Shown piece by piece: positions 57,297-64,000 of a stretch of 64,000 nt of DNA. The translations under genes were made by a program, and so were the position numbers. Under the pieces are notes generated by a model that saw only the letters and a list, made by a program, of their open reading frames with translations, had not been told where the DNA came from and did no database searches. How positions within the stretch are numbered: the stretch's first letter is position 1; each line of letters opens with the position of its first letter. The DNA lies in contig JAOGVT010000002.1 in NCBI GenBank assembly GCA_028110365.1, positions 19,180 to 83,179 of the forward strand. Reading direction: 5' to 3'. This stretch comes from Flavobacteriales bacterium (lineage in GTDB: Bacteria; Bacteroidota; Bacteroidia; Flavobacteriales; UBA7430).

Positions 57297-59094
57297 CTTT
57301 AAAATACTTCATCAATTTTTGAGCCTTACTTTGCCCCAACAATTCGGTTAACTCAGTTTTAGAGGCTTCTTTAATTCGTTTAATTGATTTAAATTTTTTC
57401 AATAAATCAATTTTGGACTTTGGTCCTATTCCAGAAATATCGTCTAATTCGGAATGTAAACCAGATTTAGACCTTCTATTTCTATGATGAGCTAAACTAA
57501 AACGATGTGCTTCATTTCGCAAATGCTGAATTAACTTTAAAGACTCAGATCTTTTGTCAATGTACAAAGGCACCGAGTCGCCAGGGAAATAAATTTCTTC
57601 CAAACGTTTTGCAATTCCTACTATGGCAATTACACCTCGAAGCGCTAATTTATCTAGGGCTTTTAAAGAAGAGCTCAGCTGGCCTTTACCTCCATCTATA
57701 ATAATCAATTGAGGAAAGGGTTGGTTTTCTTCTTTTAGTCTCTTATAACGGCGGTAAACCACCTCTTCCATAGAGGCAAAATCATCGGGACCCTCTACGG
57801 TTTTAATATTAAAATGGCGGTAGTCTTTTTTACTAGGTTTTGCATTTTTAAAAACCACACAGGCCGATGCCGGATTGGTTCCTTGAATATTTGAGTTATC
57901 GAAGCATTCTATTTGAACAGGCAATTCGGATAAGCGCAAGTCCTTTTGTAATTGCTCTAAAACCCTTTTGCTATGGCGTTCCGGATCTAAAATCTGAATT
58001 TTTTTAAGTTTCTCTTGACGCATGTATTGCGCATTACGAAGCGACAAATCTACCAATGCTTTCTTATCTCCACGTTGCGGAACATGAAAGCTAACTTCTT
58101 CCCAAGGGCTCGTAATTGATTTGTTTACAATGATTTCTTTGGTGTTAGAGTGAAACTTTTCTCTTATTTCAATAACGGCCATCGTCAATAAATCCTCATC
58201 TGCTTCAGCTAGTTTTTTCTTTATTTCTAAGTTATGAGATTGGATGATGGCTCCGTTAACTATTTTAAAATAATTGATGTATGCCGAATCGGTATCCGAT
58301 AAAATAGTAAACACATCAACATTGTGAATACTCGGACTTACTACAGTAGATTTAGATTGGTAATTTTCTAGAGCATCTAATTTTTCTTTTATCTCTTGAG
58401 CTTTTTCAAACTCTAAACTTGCTGCATACGTTTGCATTTGCTCTTTTAAAGGTTGAATAATCGTACGGGTATTTCCTTTTAAAATACTCCGTATCTCTGC
58501 AATAGATTGATTGTAATCTTCCTCAGACTGCTTAGATTCACAAGCACCCAAACATTTTTTAATATGGTAGTCTAAACAAACTTTAAACTTGCCATTTTCT
58601 ATATTCTCTTGGCTCAAATTGAAGGTGCATGAGCGCAAAGGATAGAGTTGTTTTATAAGCTCTAAAAGAACACGCATTGCTCTAGAGGAAGAATAAGGGC
58701 CAAAATATTCCGAACCATTTTTTACAACATTTCGAACAGAGAAAACTCTTGGAAATCGCTCTTTTTTAATACAAATCCATGGATAGGTTTTGTCGTCTTT
58801 TAACATTACGTTGTAACGTGGTTGGAGCTTTTTAATCAGATTATTCTCCAACAAAAGAGCATCCACTTCACTGGCAACTACAATGTAGGCTATACGCTCA
58901 ATTTTTGATACCAAAACACGGGTCTTTCCATAATCGGTATGCTCTTTATGAAAATAAGAAGAAACACGACGCTTTAAATTTTTTGCTTTTCCAACATAGA
59001 GTATTGTGTCCTCCTTATCGTAATACTGATAAACACCCGCACTATTGGGCAGTGTTTTTAAAAATTGAACTATATGTTCCTTAGTCTGGGGCAT
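57277..59094 (-). CDS. uvrC: Excinuclease ABC subunit C
   Basis: 605 aa. It has a GIY-YIG domain (GVYQYYDKEDTILYVGKAKNLKRR), a UVR domain and a C-terminal (HhH)2. Confidence 0.95.
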   Translation of the reverse strand: MPQTKEHIVQFLKTLPNSAGVYQYYDKEDTILYVGKAKNLKRRVSSYFHKEHTDYGKTRVLVSKIERIAYIVVASEVDALLLENNLIKKLQPRYNVMLKDDKTYPWICIKKERFPRVFSVRNVVKNGSEYFGPYSSSRAMRVLLELIKQLYPLRSCTFNLSQENIENGKFKVCLDYHIKKCLGACESKQSEEDYNQSIAEIRSILKGNTRTIIQPLKEQMQTYAASLEFEKAQEIKEKLDALENYQSKSTVVSPSIHNVDVFTILSDTDSAYINYFKIVNGAIIQSHNLEIKKKLAEADEDLLTMAVIEIREKFHSNTKEIIVNKSITSPWEEVSFHVPQRGDKKALVDLSLRNAQYMRQEKLKKIQILDPERHSKRVLEQLQKDLRLSELPVQIECFDNSNIQGTNPASACVVFKNAKPSKKDYRHFNIKTVEGPDDFASMEEVVYRRYKRLKEENQPFPQLIIIDGGKGQLSSSLKALDKLALRGVIAIVGIAKRLEEIYFPGDSVPLYIDKRSESLKLIQHLRNEAHRFSLAHHRNRRSKSGLHSELDDISGIGPKSKIDLLKKFKSIKRIKEASKTELTELLGQSKAQKLMKYFKDGESKN

Positions 59095-59252
59095 AGGTCA
59101 AATGTAAGTATTCAATATGGAGAATGGAATACTGCTCTCGTATTTTTAAATAAATTGCATTGTTATTTCTCAACACTATTTTACAAAACTGTAAATTGCA
59201 AAAGTATTTCGTTAAAAAAATACTTGCCAATTCTATAAATTTAAAAAATACT

Positions 59253-59486
59253 ATGAAAAACGTAAAAGTATACGGAGCAGACTGGTGCTCTGATTGTGTT
59301 ACAGCAAAGAAATTTTTAGAGTCTAAAAAAATTGACTTTGAATACATCGATATTACCAAAGATGAATTGGCTGTGCGTTTTGTAGAGAACGTAAACGATG
59401 GTAAAAGAATCATCCCAACCTTGGTGATAGATGGTAAAACACATACCAACCCTGGTATTGCCGGTTTAATACGTTTGTTTAACTAA
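59253..59486 (+). CDS. Glutaredoxin-like small redox protein (NrdH/YruB-like)
   Basis: 77 aa from MKNVKVYGADWCSDCVTAKKFL (CxxC motif), with IPTLVIDG further on. The track extension from 59160 has no support. Confidence 0.75.
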   Translation: MKNVKVYGADWCSDCVTAKKFLESKKIDFEYIDITKDELAVRFVENVNDGKRIIPTLVIDGKTHTNPGIAGLIRLFN

Positions 59487-59516
59487 AAAAGAGTGGCGCA
59501 AGGCCACTCTTTTTTG
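59485..59516. terminator. Bidirectional rho-independent terminator
   Basis: The stem agagtggc(59490-59497)/gccactct(59503-59510) has a 5-nt loop and is flanked by an A-run and a T-run. It lies between convergent genes. Confidence 0.85.
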
Positions 59517-59517
59517 T

Positions 59518-60321
59518 TTAGTTCCAAAACTCACGTTTTTTGTTGCGCTCTGTTTGTTGCTTTACGTACTCTTCTGTGCTTACTTTAATAAAAGAAGGAT
59601 GTTGTTCAATGGCGTATTCCAGCTGCTCAACTATTTTGTCTACAGAATCGTTTTCATAATCAATAACCAGTGGCTTCTTGATCACCATAGACTGTAAAAT
59701 TCCTTTTTTCTTAATAAGTAACCCGCGTTTGTCAAATGATCTTCTAAACCCATCTATAACAACAGGAACAACAATAGGTTTGTATTTTTTTATGATGTGA
59801 GCTGTTCCTTTACGTATTGGATTGAATGCTCTTGTGGTTCCTTGAGGAAAAGTAACAACCCATCCGTCTTCTAAGGCAGTTCCAATATTAGATATGTCTT
59901 TAAAATCAACCTGCCTATTAATTGCTTCGCCAGATTCTCGCCAGGTTCTTTTAATAGAAACAGCTCCTACATAAGCCATAACTTTTGGTAAAAACCCCGA
60001 TTGCATTGTTTCGGTTGCAGCTATGTAGTACAAGTTAGTTTTTGGTTTCCATAGGTAAGCAACATTCTTAATGCTGTCTATTCTTCCCTTTAAAGACGCA
60101 TTAAATACGTGGTGCATAGCAGTAACATCAGCAAAATAGGTTTGATGATTTGATACAAAAAGAATGTTTCGCTCAGGAAGTTCTCTAATAATTTCAGAAC
60201 CCTCAATTTGTAAGCTGTTAAACCCTTGGTATCTTCTATGCGATAGGGTCCCCAAAAATTGAATGAGCCAACGCTTTAAAATTATGTAGTGCCCAAAAGG
60301 GTCTTTTTTTAACAATCCCAT
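59518..60321 (-). CDS. 1-acyl-sn-glycerol-3-phosphate acyltransferase family protein
   Basis: 267 aa. It has the NHQTYFAD (H-x4-D) acyltransferase motif, with FPQGT further on. Confidence 0.75.
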   Translation of the reverse strand: MGLLKKDPFGHYIILKRWLIQFLGTLSHRRYQGFNSLQIEGSEIIRELPERNILFVSNHQTYFADVTAMHHVFNASLKGRIDSIKNVAYLWKPKTNLYYIAATETMQSGFLPKVMAYVGAVSIKRTWRESGEAINRQVDFKDISNIGTALEDGWVVTFPQGTTRAFNPIRKGTAHIIKKYKPIVVPVVIDGFRRSFDKRGLLIKKKGILQSMVIKKPLVIDYENDSVDKIVEQLEYAIEQHPSFIKVSTEEYVKQQTERNKKREFWN

Positions 60322-60400
60322 AAATAAATTAATGGTAAGCTGACAAAGCTAAACAATTTGATAGATTGAAAAAGAAATATTAAAAACATGTTTAAAAAAG

Positions 60401-61108
60401 CTACTCTACCAGTTTGATTTTAAACAGAGTCGTCAAATGTTTTTTTACCTTATCTTGAACTTCTAGCATATCAATCGGTCTTCCAAGTTCGTTTTGCAAA
60501 GACGTTACCGCCTTATCTGAAATACCACAAGGAATGATGTTCGCAAAATAATTGAGGTCTGAATTTACGTTGAACGCAAAACCATGCATGGTTACCCACC
60601 TACTGGAACGAACACCTAAGGCGCAAATCTTCCTTGCCTTTGCATTGTCCCAATCGAGCCAAACTCCAGTAGATCCCTCTATTCTTCCGGATACTATGCC
60701 GTATTCTGCTAAAGTTAAAATAACCGATTCTTCTAGATAACGAAGGTATTTATGGATATCCGTAAAAAAGCAATCGAGGTCAAAAATAGGATAAACAACC
60801 AATTGCCCTGGGCCGTGGTAGGTGATATCCCCACCACGGTTAATTTTATAAAAACGAGCGCCCTTGGCAGCTAATTGTTCTTCATTTACTAAAAGATGAG
60901 AAAGATGTCCACTCTTCCCTAGTGTAAAAACATGCGGATGTTGGCAAAAAATTAATTTACTCTGCGTTTTTTCAAGAGGATTTCCTTCTTTTTCGCGCAC
61001 TCTGTTTGCGCGTTTAACATCAATTACAGCCTGAAAAAGAGTTTCTTGATAATCCCAAGCTTCTTTATAGTCAATAAGGCCTAAATGAATGTATTTAACG
61101 TGTTGCAC
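60401..61108 (-). CDS. lipB: Lipoyl(octanoyl) transferase
   Basis: 235 aa. It has RGGDITYHGPGQLVVYPI and KICALGV. Confidence 0.9.
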   Translation of the reverse strand: MQHVKYIHLGLIDYKEAWDYQETLFQAVIDVKRANRVREKEGNPLEKTQSKLIFCQHPHVFTLGKSGHLSHLLVNEEQLAAKGARFYKINRGGDITYHGPGQLVVYPIFDLDCFFTDIHKYLRYLEESVILTLAEYGIVSGRIEGSTGVWLDWDNAKARKICALGVRSSRWVTMHGFAFNVNSDLNYFANIIPCGISDKAVTSLQNELGRPIDMLEVQDKVKKHLTTLFKIKLVE

Positions 61109-61135
61109 AATCTGAGTAAACTAGTTTAGTTTGAT

Positions 61136-62119
61136 CTAAAATTTTGCTAATGAACCTTTTAGAGCATTAATTACATCAATCTCTTCTGCTACTACTCCAT
61201 TTCTCTGTGAAATAATAAAAGATACATGATCGCAAACATTTACCAAGTAAAAGGTGTTTTCTATCATTGTATGCCCTTTAGACCAGTATTCCATAACAGA
61301 AGAAGTGTATTTAGAAACCACTTCTTTATTAATTTCCAAACGCTTTTGATTACGTGTGTAGTCTGATTCATTTCGGAAGAAAATAACAGCCAAACTTTCG
61401 TCTTTCTTTCTCCAACCAACCAATTCGTTATGGTTCATTTCTGGAACAATATTATGCCAACAAAGTCTTTTTGCATTTTCATTCATCTGCTGACGGAAAC
61501 GAACAACCATTCCTTCATAACCATCACAAGCATAAACAATTGGCGTTTTACCTTCAATATGATCTGCAAGTTTAACCGCATCAGCTTGAATTTCTGGCTG
61601 TAAATCGTCTATTAACTTGGCAGCACTAAACATATCTGACTTAAAAGAATCGCCAATTAAACCGTAGTGATTTAAGAAATATAACAACTGTGTAATCGAA
61701 TAGCCCATCATTGTTCTAGGCGATTCAGCAGTTGGTAACTGGATGTAATTTAAATTATTTTCCTTAGCTAATTCAGCCAATTTACCTCCAGAAGAAACAC
61801 AAGCAATTTCTGCACCTTTGGCTTTTGCTTTCGCAAAGGCTTCTATTGTTTCTTCTGTATTTCCAGAGAAAGAAGAACAGATAACAAGCGTGTTTTCATT
61901 TATATATTCGGGTAGATCATAGCCTTTATTGGTGCATATAGGAACAATACATTCTTTGGCAACCAATTCAGAAACAATAGTTCCACCAATACCAGAACCA
62001 CCTAAACCGGTAATCATTACATTTTTAATTTCTTTTGAATTGGCTTGTAGGTTTGCCTTAGCTCCAATTTCTAAAGCGTGACGTAATTGGTTTCCAAAAC
62101 CAGCTATTAAATCTATCAT
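61136..62119 (-). CDS. Bifunctional phosphoglucose/phosphomannose isomerase (SIS domain)
   Basis: 327 aa. It has [11 protein letters not shown] and SFSGNTEET, followed by a C-terminal PGI/PMI-type domain. Confidence 0.75.
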   Translation of the reverse strand: MIDLIAGFGNQLRHALEIGAKANLQANSKEIKNVMITGLGGSGIGGTIVSELVAKECIVPICTNKGYDLPEYINENTLVICSSFSGNTEETIEAFAKAKAKGAEIACVSSGGKLAELAKENNLNYIQLPTAESPRTMMGYSITQLLYFLNHYGLIGDSFKSDMFSAAKLIDDLQPEIQADAVKLADHIEGKTPIVYACDGYEGMVVRFRQQMNENAKRLCWHNIVPEMNHNELVGWRKKDESLAVIFFRNESDYTRNQKRLEINKEVVSKYTSSVMEYWSKGHTMIENTFYLVNVCDHVSFIISQRNGVVAEEIDVINALKGSLAKF

Positions 62120-62189
62120 CTGAATTTACTCTTGTTTATAAATAGTTTTTACGAATTGCAAAGTAAGTCTTTATCTCTCAAAAGTTTGG

Positions 62190-62197
62190 TATATTTG
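62190..62197 (+). promoter_or_regulatory. Bacteroidota-type -7 box (TATATTTG) for lysS
   Basis: It matches TAnnTTTG and lies 16 nt upstream of the ATG at 62213. It lies inside the ORF-track N-terminal extension, which argues for the shorter gene model. Confidence 0.4.
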
Positions 62198-62212
62198 GGC
62201 AAATTTTTAGCT

Positions 62213-63922
62213 ATGGGCACTACATTATCAGAACAAGAAATAGGTCGTAGAGAATCTCTTCAAAATCTTAGGGATTTAGGAATTGATCCTTACCCGGCGG
62301 CGGCCTATGATGTGAGTATTTATTCTAAAGATTGTAAGGCGCATTATGAGGAAGGAAAAAAAGTTTGCCTTGCCGGAAGACTCATGAGTAGACGGATTAT
62401 GGGAAAGGCTTCTTTTGCTGAGATTCAAGATGCTGAAGGGCGCTTACAACTGTACTTTAACAGAGATGAAATTTGTACTGGAGAAGACAAAACCATGTAC
62501 AATGAGGTGTTTAAAAAACTGCTCGATATTGGCGATTTTATTGGCGTTGAAGGTTCGTTGTTTAAAACTCAAGTTGGCGAAACATCTGTATTGGTAACCA
62601 AACTAACCATGCTTTCAAAATCCTTAAAACCTTTACCTGTAGTTAAAACGGATGAAGAAGGTACCGTTCATGATGCTTTTACAGATCCTGAGCTACGTTA
62701 CCGTCAACGTTATGTTGATTTAGTCGTTAATCAAGGCGTTAAAGATACCTTTATTAAGCGTACTAAAATTATGAATAGTATGCGTTCGTTTTTCAACGAA
62801 CGAGAATATTTAGAGGTAGAAACGCCTATCCTACAACCAATCCCAGGTGGCGCATCAGCGCGTCCTTTTATATCGCATCACAATGCGCTGGATATTCCCT
62901 TGTATTTGAGGATTGCCAACGAGTTGTATTTAAAAAGATTGATTGTTGGAGGGTTTGATGGTGTTTATGAATTTGCCAAAGACTTCCGTAATGAAGGAAT
63001 GGACCGAACACATAATCCAGAATTTACAGTACTCGAAATATACGTTGCCTACAAAGACTACAATTGGATGATGGATTTTACCGAAAAAATGATTCAGCGT
63101 GTGGCAATGGACGTTAACGGTAAAACTGAAGTAACAATAGGAGCGAAAGAAATTAGTTTTAAAACGCCATTTGCTCGAGTAACGATGACGGATGCAATTA
63201 AACAACATACAGGAATAGACATTTCGGGTATGGACATTGCGCAACTTAAAGAAGCCTGTAAAAGTTTGGGTATTGAAACAGATAAAAGTATGGGTAAGGG
63301 TAAATTGATCGACGAGATTTTCGGAGAAAAATGTGAACCCCACTACATTCAACCAACCTTTATTACGGATTACCCAAAGGAAATGTCTCCTTTATGTAAA
63401 ATTCACCGCAACAACCCTGAGTTAACAGAGCGCTTTGAGCTCATGGTTAACGGAAAAGAAATTGCCAATGCTTATTCTGAATTAAACGACCCAATAGATC
63501 AAAGAGAACGTTTTGAAGAGCAATTGGCATTATCGGCAAAAGGAGATGATGAAGCCATGTTTATTGACCAAGATTTCTTGAGAGCTTTAGAGTATGGAAT
63601 GCCTCCTACATCGGGAATGGGAATAGGAATTGATCGACTAACGATGTTAATGACTAATCAATCCTCTATTCAGGAAGTTTTATTCTTCCCACAAATGAGG
63701 CCTGAGGAATTTGAAACTTCAAAAACGGATGAATTAAAAGAGAATGAAAAAGTAATTTACGAAATTTTACTTGAGCGGAAATCTATGAATATTGATGCTT
63801 TAAAATCTATGGCAGGCCTAAGTAACAAACAGTGGGACAAGAGCTTAAAAGCACTTGGAAAATTAGGGCTTACAAAAGCAACAAAAACAGACGCAGGTGT
63901 AAGTATTGATTTAGTTGAGTAA
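62213..63922 (+). CDS. lysS: Lysine--tRNA ligase (class II) with a C-terminal ~75-aa extension
   Basis: The protein starts [16 protein letters not shown]. It has an OB anticodon-binding domain, class II motifs (FRNEG, ELNDP, GIGIDRL) and a helical C-terminal tail. Confidence 0.93.
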   Translation: MGTTLSEQEIGRRESLQNLRDLGIDPYPAAAYDVSIYSKDCKAHYEEGKKVCLAGRLMSRRIMGKASFAEIQDAEGRLQLYFNRDEICTGEDKTMYNEVFKKLLDIGDFIGVEGSLFKTQVGETSVLVTKLTMLSKSLKPLPVVKTDEEGTVHDAFTDPELRYRQRYVDLVVNQGVKDTFIKRTKIMNSMRSFFNEREYLEVETPILQPIPGGASARPFISHHNALDIPLYLRIANELYLKRLIVGGFDGVYEFAKDFRNEGMDRTHNPEFTVLEIYVAYKDYNWMMDFTEKMIQRVAMDVNGKTEVTIGAKEISFKTPFARVTMTDAIKQHTGIDISGMDIAQLKEACKSLGIETDKSMGKGKLIDEIFGEKCEPHYIQPTFITDYPKEMSPLCKIHRNNPELTERFELMVNGKEIANAYSELNDPIDQRERFEEQLALSAKGDDEAMFIDQDFLRALEYGMPPTSGMGIGIDRLTMLMTNQSSIQEVLFFPQMRPEEFETSKTDELKENEKVIYEILLERKSMNIDALKSMAGLSNKQWDKSLKALGKLGLTKATKTDAGVSIDLVE

Positions 63923-63939
63923 GGAACTTACGTCTCATA

Positions 63940-63977
63940 AAAAAAAGCAGTTAACCTAAAGGATAACTGCTTTTTTT
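63940..63977 (+). terminator. Rho-independent terminator after lysS
   Basis: The stem agcagtta(63946-63953)/taactgct(63964-63971) is followed by a T-run and preceded by an A-run. Confidence 0.8.
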
Positions 63978-64000
63978 ATGGATTAAAATAAGGTGTTTAT

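Noticed and set aside
62930-63352. 140-aa ORF antisense to lysS
   Set aside because: It is fully embedded opposite the conserved class II catalytic core of lysS, has no recognisable features and is probably a chance open frame.
1-64000. Scan for tRNA, rRNA, CRISPR arrays, integrases, transposases and known defence-system genes
   Set aside because: I saw no T-loop-like GTTCGAATC context outside coding sequence. There are no regularly spaced direct repeats outside the in-frame protein repeats. No recombinase, transposase or restriction/abortive-infection motifs appear in any translated ORF. This was a by-eye scan and remains fallible.

Overview
The window looks like a chromosomal segment of an AT-rich Bacteroidota (Flavobacteriia-like) genome. 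The phylum call rests on several T9SS C-terminal sorting domains, TAnnTTTG promoter boxes, signal peptides cleaved before Gln, TonB-dependent receptors with a carboxypeptidase-regulatory-like N-domain, and ileS-dksA/traR-lspA synteny. About 80% of the window is ordinary housekeeping: five aminoacyl-tRNA synthetases (tyrS, metG, ileS, cysS, lysS), polA, uvrC, pyrC, lipB, lspA and others. I saw no tRNA, rRNA, CRISPR array, integrase or transposase. Three regions stand out. (1) At 1..10403 there is a block of secreted proteins: a partial CotH kinase and two tandem giant (1520 and 1595 aa) trypsin-fold proteases. The proteases are built from Cys-rich modules I cannot assign to a family. One carries an embedded Kazal-type inhibitor domain, and the two have different S1 pockets. 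(2) At 29750..33061 there is an overlapping VTC-domain / DUF4956 / DUF2490 operon, followed by a T9SS protein that shares modules with the giant proteases. I read this as a candidate envelope-spanning polyphosphate system. (3) At 16600..22530 a lamin-tail-domain protein, a TonB-dependent receptor and a multidomain endonuclease I form a candidate extracellular-DNA scavenging locus. Family names come from motif recognition by eye. No searches were run, and domain-level coordinates are approximate.
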